Source: Felis catus (lineage: Eukaryota). From it: a stretch of 64,000 nt of DNA. Positions 11,614 through 24,385 of this stretch are shown piece after piece. How positions within the stretch are numbered: the stretch's first letter is position 1; every line of letters starts with the position of its first letter. The translations under genes were made by a program, and so were the position numbers. Location: assembly GCF_018350175.1 (NCBI RefSeq), contig NC_058380.1, forward strand, positions 45,756,001 to 45,820,000. The letters are read 5' to 3'. Under the pieces are notes generated by a model that was not told the DNA's origin, searched no databases, and was given only the letters and a program-made list of their open reading frames with translations.

Positions 11614-13202
11614 TACTAGGTGTTTTATCTTAATCACAAGGTTCTGTGTTTCACTCATAGCAACATACTTTTCGCTTGGGGAATCTACCAAGAAACAGAT
11701 TTAACGCAAGGACAAACAGAAGGTTTCAGTGCGTTTTAATTAGGTGCTGTCATAGTGAACAGCAGGTAACAGTCATGAGAGTCATTCGTCAATACCCACT
11801 CTGAGATGAAACAAGTAAAGTCCTCTCCTTCAAGGGGCTCTCATCTTCCAGGAACAGGACACAACAAAAGAGGAATACAGGGTAATTAGTGTCGTAAAAA
11901 CAGCCATGCAGCAACCGTAGGCATTCAGCGTTGTGAGTTAAGAACTCTGCCAAGGGATTAGTCTTCAGGGTTCAGTGAAGATGTGATAATTAGCTGGGCT
12001 TTTCACCAGGGGTGACTAGGAAGTTTCCAGACAAACATGGAGCAGGACTGCTCTCTTCTACTACTGTGTCAGAGTTAGAAAGGGATGTTGCAATCCTGAT
12101 GCAAAGTTTTGATGAATAGATTTTCCTAATTATAAAGTCAAGAGATCTGGTATAAAAAATGAATTTGTGAAACTGGGAATTTAGTATGAACTGAGAAATT
12201 TAATGCACCATCAAATATGAGATTGTCCTCAAAATACCTTTGCAGTTTTTACCCTCAGGTTTTCAGGCCGTACCCACCTCCTAGCGTCAGACAGTACGAG
12301 GAGCGGGTCATTAATCGGGGGCCCTGAGTTCGCGCACCAGGTTGGAGAAAGGAAACATTTTGCACCCTCTTGCTCTCACTATAGCTGCCTCAGGCCCAAA
12401 AGTGCCAGGCCCTGCTTAAAGGTGAAGACTCCTCTTCTGTAATGAAAGCTATGGCATGAGGCTTATTCCTAATATGAGGATCAAATTCTGCTAGGAAAGA
12501 GCCTCTTACCAGTTCCAGAGGAAAATTCCCCCAAAGAGGCACATCTACACAGACCAGAAAAGCCTGCCCTCCACAGACTTGGTGTCTGGCCCTGTCGTAC
12601 TTGGCCATCGCGGGCTCTTCCTGCCAGAGCTTTATTAGCCCACACAGTGACTGCATGGTGCTTTCTGTTTCCTTTGAACTACATGGGCTGGCTGCCCTCA
12701 TTCTTCAAACGTATTCGACATAAAAAAGGAAGACTTCTCTTACATATGTTATTTTACAAAATCTGGAAATATCATTCAACTATTTCTTTGTGTTCATCTG
12801 GGAAACGTTTCAGCCAGAAACCACAACAGAACAGGGAGCTGCTGTACTGAAAGGGCAGTGTGAGGAAAGGGAGCGCAGGAGGAGGGCGCCCTGGTAATTG
12901 ACGAGCTGAATGAAGAAGGAAACTTGTGTGAAAATGGAAGTAAGGGAATAATAGATCCAGAAAAAGAGGGAGAGGTATCAGGTGCTGGAATCAGCAAAAG
13001 AATCAGGTACATCTTCCCCATCCTGGGCTAGGAGCCTCCTCCCAATTTCAGATACTGATGTAAGACGCTGACTGTGCTGACTGCACAGAAATCAAACACG
13101 TCTTTGATGCGATGCCCGCTTATTTTCTTCAGGTTTATTGCTAGAACTCAGCTGACTTGTCAGCTATCAAGAGCGAGATGGCATAGTTTCAAACCAGTTT
13201 AT

Positions 13203-13440
13203 TTTTTTTTCTTTTTTTTTTTTAATTTTTTTTTTCAACGTTTATTTATTTTTGGGACAGAGAGAGACAGAGCATGAACGGGGGAGGGGCAGAGAGAGAG
13301 AGGGAGACACAGAATCAGAAACAGGCTCCAGGCTCTGAGCCATCAGCCCAGAGCCCGATGCGGGGCTCGAACTCACGGACCACGAGATCGTGACCTGGCT
13401 GAAGTCGGACGCTTAACCGACTGCGCCACCCAGGCGCCCC
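13203..13440 (-). mobile_element. Can-SINE, young Felis-type (SINEC_Fc)
   Basis: Full-length; TSD tcaaaccagtttat at ~13189 and 13441. Confidence 0.95.
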
Positions 13441-14356
13441 TCAAACCAGTTTATAGGAAAAGACACGTAATGGAGAAAATGAAGAAAATAGCTACCACTT
13501 ATGAAGTGCTAACCCCAAGGAAGGGGTGGCTAAGAGCCTTTAAATGTACTTATGTCAGCTCTACAAATATTTTTTACTCCATTTTCCATTTGAGAAAACC
13601 ACAACTTGGGAAGCTGAGTCGTTTCTGAGCAGAAGGGGTGTTCCATGCAGAACCCTGCATAGAATCTGCAAGTTGAATCTCCCCTAGTGAGTTATGGGTG
13701 ATTCTTTACGTTGGATTTCTGGTTTTTTAATCGATTTTTTTTTACTTGAAAAATTATTCTTTCTCTTTTTCCTTGGGCTTCTCTTTTTAGTGGTTACATT
13801 TGTACTTTCTGATGCTTTAATCTATTCTTTGTTCCCTACCTTAGATTTTTGTGAAAGAGAAATTCTCTAATACAGCTTCATTTGCCCATCTGGTGAAGGA
13901 AGTTTCTCAGAATTTTATATTCACTGCAGGATGGTTATGGTAACATTATAAAATTTCATGATTTTTATAAGGCCCATGCTGACCTCTGTAGAACAATTCA
14001 GAAGTTAATCAGGAAAGATAACCAAGCAAAAATATCGAAGAATAGAACAGGAAACATTTTTACATATCTAGCTTTACCAGACAAGGAATTGGATTATAAT
14101 ACAGTTACAACACATGTAAACATGGTGACAGTCAGGGAACTCAGGTGGCCAGAACAATGAAGAAAACAATCCCAGATATGGTCATATTATCAGTAGTAAT
14201 TAAGTTTAGAATTAGATGTTAATACAGAAGAAGAGAGCTTTCCAGTAAATGGTACTGGGATAAATGCCTGGCACTCTAGACACAAATTGATTTAGATGCT
14301 CATCTCAAATCATAGATAAAAATAAAATTCTAATGGAATATAGAAAAAAATGTGAA

Positions 14357-14592
14357 GGGGGGCACCTGGGTGGCTCAGTTGGTTGAGCATCTGACCCTTG
14401 ATTTCAGCTCAGGTCATGATCTCGAGGTTCCTGAGTTCGCCTCGCATCGGGCTCCACAAGGATGGGGCAGAGCCTGCTTGGGATTCTCTCTCTTCCCTCC
14501 CTCTCTGCCTCTCTCTCTTCTCTGACCCTCCCCCACTTGTGCACACGTGTGGTCTCTCCCAAAATAAATAGACTTCAAAAAAAAAAAAAAGA
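14357..14592 (+). mobile_element. Can-SINE inserted in an old L1M fragment (~13950-15100)
   Basis: ggggcacctgggtggctcag head, CT-rich tract, poly-A; TSD aaatgtgaag. Confidence 0.9.
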
Positions 14593-15159
14593 AGAAGAAA
14601 GAAATGTGAAGTATTTAAAACATAAATGGGAACTGATAATTCATAAGATCTATGGAGGAATGAGGACAGAGAGTACTGGTGTTCTACACATTCAACACAC
14701 CGGCACTTAGAGAAAATATAAAGAAAATGGGCTGTTATTTGTAAATATGAAACTGACAAAGAGGTACATCATAGGACTGTAGCCACAATCTGCATGAGGT
14801 TTATACCCGCTTTTCAGAAGTAAGGATATATAAAAACAAAATTCATCAGGACAGTACAAAACTAGTTAATGTTGTAAAATGAAACCCAAATAAAGAACTA
14901 AAACTAGCAAACAAAGCAAATGAAAGAACATTCTAGCCCACGAGTACGTAAACATGATTGAACAGTGATGCCTGACATTTTAGCCTATTAAATAAGCAAT
15001 TATTTAAAAGAAATAAAATATTGATTTTATACGCTTGGTGCCACTACACCCATTCCTGGAACTCTGTCCCCCAAAATGTTTGTAAAAAGGTTGCACCTGA
15101 TTTTGAAAAATTTTTAATTTATCTTTATATTATCCCAATTTTTTTTTCCTTTCAGGTCC

Positions 15160-15872
15160 TTCCCTATTTCTCTTCTTTCCTTCACAGATAAACCTTCTCA
15201 AGAAAAGTTTCTATCCACTCTGTCTCCAATACCTCTTATCTTATTTACTCTCAGTCAATACACTCTGATCTGGATTCTGGGGCACGAATTCTGCCAAACC
15301 TCACTTTCCCTGAAGACAAGACATCACCTTTTGACATATCTCTTGCCTTAAACACCTCTCATCACCCTTGTCTCCTGCTTGTCCTCCTATTGTGCTGCCT
15401 CCATTCCAGTGTCGTTCTCAGGCTCCTTATTCTTTTCCCCCGTGAAATTGTGAAGGTCCCTACGGTTCAATTTGTGGTAGGCTTTCTATTTTCTATGTCT
15501 AAAAGACCTCATTCATTCCTTAGCATTTAGGGACCAGGTATACTTCAGCTCCCAAGTTAACATTTCTAGCCATAGCACTCTGCAAATTCTAGAACTGTGC
15601 AACACATATCAGGGCTCAGTATTTTTTGCATCCTCCAGTTTCTGGTGATAGATGCTACTTTTCTTTTGCTTTCTGTGTTAGTCTATAATGTAGTTGAAAT
15701 TAATTAACTGATTGCTTAAGACTTTCATGTTTCCTTCCAACAAAAAGGAAAAGTTCCAAGAGGGATGGCACTTGGTTTTCTTTATTCAGCTTTTTATCTT
15801 GAAGGCAGGCATAGCACCTATGATTTAGAGACTTAAGTATTACGTGTAGTTTGGATGAAATGAATGGATGAA
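15160..15872 (+). mobile_element. L2 3' portion
   Basis: Pyrimidine-rich L2-like body ending ...gtttggatgaaatgaatggatgaa, the typical L2 tail. Confidence 0.7.
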
Positions 15873-16274
15873 CTGTACCTTTAATTAAGCTACAAAAACA
15901 GTCTTGGTATTTATTTATTAAAAATAAACCAATACAAAAAGATTTGAAAGTAAAACTTTAAACAGAACAAAGAGAATAATTTAAAAATATAAAGGTGACC
16001 ACTGTATAACTAGTATAATGTACAGGTGAGCATAACAGCATACAAGCAAAAATATTGAAAACAATAAATATAATAAAATAGGTAAATACATGAATAAAGT
16101 CATTTATGATGGGCTGGTGCCTCCTATGAACTGGGTGTTTTGACTTTATAGTTGCTTAATACTATCAATAAATGTGACACATTTGATTTATTTCATGATG
16201 AAATCTTTCAAAATGACTAAACATGTGGGAGTATGATGAAGTGTATCTGTCCATAGTAATTGTTTTTACTAAAT

Positions 16275-16472
16275 GTTCATTTATGTATTTTGAGGTGGGG
16301 GGAGGGCATGTGAGATCTGGGGAGGGGCAGAGAGAAAGAGAGAATCCCAAGCAGGCTCTGTGCTGTCAGCAGACAACCGGACACAGGGATTGATCTCATG
16401 AACCTTGAGATCATGACCTAAGCTGAAATCAAGAGTCTTGACGCTTATCCAATTGAGCCACCCAAGCACCTC
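16275..16472 (-). mobile_element. Can-SINE
   Basis: Reverse-oriented SINE body. Confidence 0.85.
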
Positions 16473-16504
16473 CATACTAATTGTTTTATTAAGAGCACAG
16501 GTCT

Positions 16505-16717
16505 GGGGCACCTGGATGGCACAGTTGGTTAAGAGGCCCACTCTTGATTTCAGCTCAGGTCATGATCCCAGGGTCATGGAATCGAGCCCCACATTGGGTT
16601 CTGCGCTGTGTGTGGAGCCTGCTTAAAGATTCTTTCCCTCTCCCTCTGCCCCTCTACCCTACTAGCTCTCTCCTCTTTAAATAAATAAACAAACAAACAA
16701 ACAAACAAACAAATAAA
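16505..16717 (+). mobile_element. Can-SINE with (AAAC)n tail
   Basis: SINE head and tail; TSD aagagca(c/t)aggtct. Confidence 0.9.
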
Positions 16718-16732
16718 AGAGCATAGGTCTGT

Positions 16733-17086
16733 TTCCTTAGCTCCTAATCATTCTTGCAAACTTGATAAGAGATCTCAGCATTTCTTGCTCTGACAACTGT
16801 CAAAATAGTAGCTCTATTCTTCCTTTTTCAGATAGAGACTGATTCCTTGGAAGTCCTTCTTCACAGCCAGTATGGAGTCTTCATTGCTCAGGGGAGTCTT
16901 TCTATCGCCAACTCCTGCACCAAACAGGTTTCCAAGACTTCCCAATGCTGATGAAATCCAGTAAAGAATATTTTCAGGTCAGTCGCAATCCAACCAACCT
17001 CTTATGCTGAACATGTTTAAGATATGCTGGAGCATCTGGTGGAGGCCACTGGCAGTCTGAACCTTCTGGAACTTGCTGCCATCTAC
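16733..17086 (-). pseudogene. 5'-truncated IFN-alpha-like pseudogene
   Basis: Minus translation VDGSKFQKVQTASGLHQMLQHILNMFS..FFTGFHQHWEVLETCLVQEL/KTPLSNEDSILAVKKDFQGISLYLKKEE*..VVRA/EMLRSL, with frameshifts and stops; the 5' part is replaced by L1M sequence. Confidence 0.85.
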
Positions 17087-17094
17087 TGAAACAA

Positions 17095-17400
17095 AAGAAA
17101 ACGATTGGAACCAGCTAACTGTCCATCAGTAGGGGATTGGTTAAATAATTTATGATACAGCCATTTATAGGGAAACAATATAAAGTTCTCTACTTACAAA
17201 TATGGGAAGATCTCCAAGTGAAAAAAAAGTAGGTGCAGAACAGTGACTATAGGTTGCTATCTTTTACATGAAAATAGAGTATAATAAAATGTTATATTCT
17301 TACTAGTTTGCACATGCATAAAGAAACTAGACAGATTTAAAAGACATGAATCCCTTCAGACTGTGGAAAGTGTTGGAAGAAATTGTGTCACAATGTACAT
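17095..17400 (+). mobile_element. Old L1M 3'-region fragment
   Basis: ttggaaccagctaactgtccatcagtaggggattggttaaataatttatgatac is typical L1M 3' sequence. Confidence 0.7.
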
Positions 17401-18069
17401 TTATTCATATGCCGAAATTTAAGTTTACTACGAAAGAAATTCAAGCTAATAAAAATATTCATAAAGGGAAGAATAGAGGGGAAACGCACAAACATTGCTG
17501 GTGACCACATTTTGGGAACATTTTTATATGTCTTGAGTCCCATCCTTAGGATTTATCCAAAAACGGGGGAAAGTTTTGTGCCTAGATTTTATAAGTTTAT
17601 TAGAGACTATAAAAGAATGAAGTACAAGAAGTTATATATATTCAGGAACAAATAATGGGCAAAGGAAACTATAGTATGTATATTCATTGGAAAGTTGTAT
17701 AGCCACGTAAAGATGTGTGAGCGGGAAACAATTACTGATGATGGAATTGCATTCTGAGGACAAAATTTAGGCTACGTTATTCACATAGCGGGGTTACAGT
17801 TTGGTTACTCAGAGACACACGATGTATGTTTCAAGTGATTAGTAATTTGAAAATATGAACCCAAGTTATAATTGAGGTGTTATTATGTTGTGCCGGATAG
17901 AAATCACAGCTAACGTGCTTTCTTGAGGCACAGTGTTAAGCATCTTCCTCCTCCGCCCCCTCTACTGCCCCATTTCTTTTCAATTCATACAAAAGCCGCA
18001 TTTCATTGTTATTCCAAAGGCAGAAGCCAGGAAGTACAAATCTTAAAGAAAAAGTACGAATTGAGGAGG

Positions 18070-18610
18070 AGAGCTCGGAGGCCGCGACACGTTTATACCA
18101 CACGCGCGGCGTAACATTCGGTCACCCGTTCCGGCCCATTGAATCCCACCCACGCAGCGACCCAGAGAGGCCCGGCTCGCGGCCACACCACACCCCTCCT
18201 CCTCCCCAACCCCCGCCCTTTGCGTCTCCCCCGTCCTTCCTCCCCATCCCCCATACGTCCGCCCACTGACGAGGTCGGACGGCTGCGCAGCCGCAGTAGC
18301 TACCGCGGCCGCTCCTAGCCCTGGGGATCCTGGGACGAGGCCTTTCCGGAAGGAGCGGCTCGGCGTCCGGGGCTAGGCCCTTGTTCCAGGCCCGGGCTCA
18401 AGCCAGGCCCTCGTTCCAGGCCCTCGTCCTAACACAGCTCTCCGTAGCCGCCGCGACGCTCTGGTGACAGCGGAGGGCGCCGCGGGCCGCTCGCTGAGGT
18501 GGCCGGCCTCGCCGCCAAGCGAGCCGCAGTACGTGGCGGCGCCTCCCCCTTGGCCCGGAGCGGAACTGCTGGAGGAGCGGCAGCGCAGGCCGGACGGACC
18601 AGGTGAACCG
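18070..18610 (+). promoter_or_regulatory. KLHL9 CpG-island promoter / 5' UTR
   Basis: CpG-dense; GC box ccccgccc at ~18211 and ETS palindrome ttccggaa at ~18344, directly upstream of the KLHL9 ORF. Confidence 0.85.
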
Positions 18611-18868
18611 GGTCACTTAACAGCCTTCTGGTGATGAATCATCTGCGTGACAGTCAGATTTGAGGTCCACAGCCCTTTGTGGTCCTGCTATCGGACAGTT
18701 TTCAGTGGATGACTGACTGGTGTGATCTGAGGGGTGCCGCAGGGACTGCTTGCCCTTGATAAGGAAAGCGAGCTCCCCGGCTCTTTGGACGGCCTCGTTT
18801 CCTTGAAAGCTTTCAGATTATAACTTCTTTCTCCGGCACAGATCTGTGCAAAAGGAAGGCTTTCACAC

Positions 18869-20722
18869 ATGAAAGTGTCTCTTGGTAACGGCGAAATGGG
18901 CGTCTCCGCCCATTTGCAGCCTTGCAAGGCAGGAACCACACGTTTTTTTACCAGCAATACTCACAGTTCGGTGGTATTGCAAGGCTTTGATCAGCTTAGA
19001 ATAGAAGGATTGCTTTGCGATGTGACACTGGTACCGGGTGATGGAGATGAAATCTTCCCCGTTCACAGAGCTATGATGGCGTCTGCCAGCGATTATTTCA
19101 AGGCTATGTTCACGGGGGGAATGAAAGAACAAGATCTAATGTGCATTAAGCTTCATGGGGTGAACAAGGTTGGTCTGAAGAAAATAATTGATTTTATTTA
19201 TACTGCAAAACTTTCTCTTAATATGGACAATCTTCAGGACACGCTTGAAGCTGCCAGCTTTTTACAAATCTTACCTGTTTTGGACTTCTGTAAAGTATTT
19301 CTTATTTCGGGAGTCTCTTTAGATAACTGCGTTGAAGTTGGACGAATTGCTAACACCTACAATCTCATAGAAGTGGATAAGTATGTCAATAATTTCATCC
19401 TGAAGAATTTTCCTGCATTATTGAGTACTGGAGAGTTTCTAAAACTCCCTTTTGAACGGCTTGCCTTTGTGCTTTCCAGTAATAGTCTTAAGCACTGTAC
19501 TGAACTTGAGCTCTTCAAGGCTGCCTGTCGCTGGCTAAGGTTGGAAGACCCTCGGATGGATTATGCTGCAAAATTAATGAAGAATATTCGATTTCCATTG
19601 ATGACACCACAGGATCTCATCAATTACGTGCAGACAGTAGATTTCATGAGAACAGACAATACCTGTGTGAATTTGCTTTTAGAAGCTAGCAATTACCAAA
19701 TGATGCCATACATGCAGCCAGTGATGCAGTCAGATAGAACTGCCATTCGATCTGACTCGACNNNNNNNNNNNNNNNNNNNNNNNNNNNNNNNNNNNNNNN
19801 NNNNNNNNNNNNNNNNNNNNNNNNNNNNNNNNNNNNNNNNNNNNNNNNNNNNNNNNNNNNNNNNNNNNNNNNNNNNNNNNNNNNNNNNNNNNNNNNNNNN
19901 NNNNNNNNNNNNNNNNNNNNNNNNNNNNNNNNNAGTAATTATGACACGAAAGGAAAGACTGCTGTCGATACAGTTTTCAGATTTGATCCTCGGTATAACA
20001 AATGGATGCAGGTTGCATCTTTAAACGAAAAGCGCACATTCTTCCACTTGAGTGCTCTCAAGGGACATTTATATGCTGTTGGTGGGCGCAGTGCAGCTGG
20101 TGAGCTGGCCACAGTAGAATGTTACAACCCAAGGATGAACGAGTGGAGCTATGTTGCAAAGATGAGTGAACCGCACTATGGCCATGCCGGAACAGTGTAT
20201 GGAGGCTTAATGTATATTTCAGGAGGAATTACTCATGACACTTTCCAAAATGAGCTTATGTGTTTTGACCCAGATACAGACAAATGGGCACAGAAGGCTC
20301 CAATGACTACAGTCAGAGGTCTGCACTGCATGTGTACAGTTGGAGACAAGCTCTATGTCATTGGTGGCAATCACTTCAGAGGAACAAGCGATTATGATGA
20401 TGTTCTAAGCTGTGAATACTATTCACCAACCCTGGACCAGTGGACTCCAATTGCTGCNNNNNNNNNNNNNNNNNNNNNNNNNNNNNNNNNNNNNNNNNNN
20501 NNNNNNNNNNNNNNNNNNNNNNNNNNNNNNNNNNNNNNNNNNNNNNNNNNNNNNNNNNNNNNNNNNNNNNNNNNNNNNNNNNNNNNNNNGCATAAAGTTT
20601 TTGACCTTCCAGAGTCTCTTGGTGGCATTCGAGCTTGTACTCTCACAGTTTTTCCACCTGAGGAAAACCCTGGGTCACCTTCTAGAGAATCACCTCTTTC
20701 AGCACCTTCAGATCATTCTTAG
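18869..20722 (+). CDS. KLHL9: Kelch-like protein 9 (BTB-BACK-Kelch CUL3 adaptor), intronless, 617 aa including two N-gaps
   Basis: [44 protein letters not shown]..., BTB ([21 protein letters not shown]), BACK and Kelch GG..Y..W repeats; KLHL9 is the known non-IFN gene inside the type I IFN cluster. Confidence 0.97.
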
Positions 20723-22653
20723 GACTAACATGTAATACCTTTACAGCGCATCATGGATGATCGCACACTTCCCCTTCAGTTGTTATCTTCTTACAGCGAT
20801 TGGTACAGTTAATTAGATAAGTGGTAACTGATGTTATTTGTATTGTTTGGCTTAGTGTGTTTATCATATGGTTAACAAATGTATTCTGAAAATGTATTCA
20901 ACATAGCCAGCTGTTTTAACAGATGTAAGAAGATAGGTAGCGAACTGTTTTAGATGTCTTTGTGGCGTTGTGTAAGTCAAATTGTAGGTGATCGTAGTAA
21001 ATGTGTAACTGTGTTCATTATGCTTCAAAGTGGAGAGTTTTCATCTTTGACTTCGAAACATCAAAGGGAGGCTGCCTGCTCTAACCTAAAATAAAAGGTC
21101 GCCAAATACTATTACCTACGTCCCTTTTTTCATATAGTTTTTGACATCGTTGCCAATTCACCAGATCATGTGAGTGCATTCAGAGTATGTGAAGTTTCTT
21201 AGAAATAAACAGTAAAGCCCTAAGTCAGGGTTTTGTATTTCTCTCAGAGAGGGAAAGGGAGAGAGAAAATATAAGCTCGTGTGCTCACACACACGCATAC
21301 ATACATGTGTATATACGTTCGTATGTCCACACATAGGCACATCTAATTTTTAAATTGATATTTCATCTGTAGGGAAATTGTTTTTAAATTAATTTTTTGT
21401 TCTACCTAGCAGCTATGTATATTCAAATGGGAATTCAGTACCAGAGAATAAGTGTCTGTACTGAATAAGAGAATAAGAGTCATACTAAATTGAGACAGAT
21501 AAGGGCTACAACATATTAAATTGACCACCAAATTTGTCATTTGACTAAATTGTCACTTCAGGTGAAACTTCTTTTACTTCTTCTGCTTGTGAATTCTGTG
21601 GAGTTGCTTTTATACAGGTTATTTAGCAAAGTTCAGGTTTCCGAGAATTGGTTTAGCTGAGTAAATGTAAGCTGTGCTATTTTCTACCTTTTTATTCGGT
21701 AAAACTTACATGAAGACAGCTGAGAAAGGAATATGCTGAACAAAACTACAGGATTTTAAGTTCGGTTTCCCAACTTAGTCATTCTAACATGATCATTTGA
21801 TTTGGGGTGGTTGCTCCAGCTTTGTGTGATCTGCCTCAAGGCTGTGATTTGAGCAGGAGAGATACAGTCAGTTCTGTGTCGAATCAGAATAATGTCCTTT
21901 TGGCTATGTCTAAAGAACAGGACCAACTTCAGATTCCCTAAGAAGCCAGCTACAGAAAGCTTAGGACTCTGCTGTCTTTCAGGCAGTACTAAAGTCGATG
22001 TTAAGCCTTTAAAATACCAAGGGCATCCCTCCTGGTTGCGAATCACATGGGGAGATCCTAGTGAGACTTTTTCAGCAAAAGGAGTCCTCTTTATGTAGTG
22101 AGTGATTCTGGAGAGGTACTTTCCTAGAATAATTGCCTACCCGAAGAAAAAATTTACATATGTACTTTGACATACATATGAATATGTATATCCCTACACT
22201 TGGGAAGTTGTCATAGTATAAACCAGGAACAATCTTTTTATTGACAATCCCATAATAAAACTCAGGAACCAAGACAAGAGGAATTGGCTTCCAGGGATCT
22301 GAACCTTACTGCCCATACAAGTGTTGATTCATTTTAATGCTTTTTATGATTTCTGCATTGGCAGAAAATTTCATACTTTCTATGTTTTTTTAAATGACTA
22401 ATTTTTTATTACTAAAAGTAGCACATTGAGTACACTTAGAAAATAGAGAAAGTAGAAATTGATGTAAACTTTGTGCATTGAATAAGCAAGAAATGGCATC
22501 CCAATCATTTCTTTATTAATAAGGTTAAATATTTGTGTGGTTTCTTTTGAGTAGCTGTGTTTCCTGTGTTTGAATGTTCATGTCTTTTACCCTTGTGATG
22601 ATACCTATTGGAGTTGCTTTGTTTTTTCATACCAAGTTATAGGCTCTCTATAT

Positions 22654-22659
22654 AATAAA
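22654..22659 (+). terminator. Candidate KLHL9 polyadenylation signal
   Basis: AATAAA at the end of a repeat-free ~1.9-kb 3' region, followed by T-rich sequence; alternatives at ~21090 and ~22254. Confidence 0.5.
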
Positions 22660-22819
22660 TGTAATTGAACTGGCATTTGCTTGCATCGATTTCATTTTCT
22701 CAGTCTATTACAGTTTTACAAAGGCAGGGCCGTTTAGTTTTTTTTGAGGTAAAATTTGTCCATCCTTTTGCATTTTGACCTTTTAGGGATAATTCTGCTA
22801 TAGTTCCTTTATTATTATT

Positions 22820-22935
22820 ATTTTTTAAATTTATGTTTATTTTTTAAGTAGGCTTCACACCCAGCCTGGGGCTTGAACTCACAACCCAGAGATTAAGAGT
22901 TGCGTACTCTACCAACTGAGCCAGCCAGGCATCCC
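22820..22935 (-). mobile_element. Short Can-SINE
   Basis: ggggcttgaactcacaacc...actgagccagccaggcatccc. Confidence 0.75.
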
Positions 22936-23369
22936 TCCTTTATTTTTTTACCTAGTATTGATGTATGACTCTTTTGGCGCTAATTCTGACAGGCTGAGAT
23001 GGTATTGCCCTGTTTGCCTTCTAAAAGCACAAGCTTTTCTCTTTGCCTTGTTGAAAACAGGTTTCTGCCTTCTGTTACATTTGACTCTGTTGCTTTGTAA
23101 TTAGCTAAATGTTGCCTAACTGCTCCCCCTATATCCCCTGCCTGCAGCCTCACACACCCCACCTCTCATCCTTTCACTTTATAATTTTCTGCAGTTGACC
23201 TCTCTCTTGGCAATCATAAAATAGCTGACTGATGCTATTCAAATACTACTAATTACATCCGGAATTCCTTGCTTATAAAGAAAACTTCAGTAGCTTTGAA
23301 ATGAGTGGAGCTGATTTTTTTTTTTTACAGAAAAGATGAAAAAAGGATAAACTCCAAGTACATTAAACA

Positions 23370-23593
23370 TTTCTTTTTAAATTTTTTTTTCAACGTTTAT
23401 TTATTTTTGGGACAGAGAGAGACAGAGCATGAACGGGGGAGGGGCAGAGAGAGAGGGAGACACGGAATCGGAAACAGGCTCCGGGCTCCGAGCCATCAGC
23501 CCAGAGCCCGACGCGGGGCTCGAACTCACGGACCGCGAGATCGTGACCTGGCTGAAGTTGGACGCTTAACCGACTGCACCACCCAGGTGCCCC
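23370..23593 (-). mobile_element. Can-SINE, young Felis-type (SINEC_Fc)
   Basis: Full-length reverse SINE. Confidence 0.95.
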
Positions 23594-24094
23594 TTATCTT
23601 ACTGATTTTTATAGGTTATTTTCTTAGAAAGTATTAAATGCCTGTACAATTTTCCACCCACGAATGTACCTTCATATATTTTCCATTTCCCAATAAGTGT
23701 GTATTTAAATATCTACCTTATGTTTTCACCATTATGAATTGAGCAAGATTTTATATTCCTACATAAAATTTTGTCCATGTCTGACTCTGATAAATTCTAA
23801 AGAAGTAAAATCTAAGTCAAATAGTTTAGGTTCTTGAAAAATATTTCCAAGGATGCGCCCATGTGCATTTTCCAGCAGAATGTGTTTAGTGATTATTTCA
23901 AAGGAAATCTTTGCAGTTCTAGTTACCTTCCTGGTTTGGGTTTATATGTTTTCAATTACTGACAACACTGAATTTTTTGCTTATTGAGCAGGTGCATTCT
24001 TGTGAGTCATTTTTTCCTGTCTTTTGCTTTAAATGTCCTATCTGCTACAAAGACTTTTTTTTTTCTTAATTGGTGGGGGCAGGTCTACTCAACT

Positions 24095-24385
24095 TTTCAA
24101 GGTGAGCTATATAATCAACATATGCTAGTTCAGGTTCACATTATGATTTGATAATATGTATATGCTATGATAAGGTCACCACAATAGGTGTAATTAACAT
24201 TCATCACCACACATAGTTACCGATTTTTTTTTCCTGAAATGAGAACTTTTTAAGATTTACTTTCTTAGCAACTTTCGTGTACACAGCAGTATTAACTGTA
24301 GTCACTTGCTGTGCGTTACATCTGCAGGGCTCATTTATCTTATAACTAGAAATCTGAACCCTCTGACCACCTTCACCCATTCAAT
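24095..24385 (-). mobile_element. L1MA9-like 3' end within older L1M debris (~23620-25400)
   Basis: catcaccacacatagttac...gagaactttttaagatttactttcttagcaacttt...ttatcttataactagaaatctg. Confidence 0.75.
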
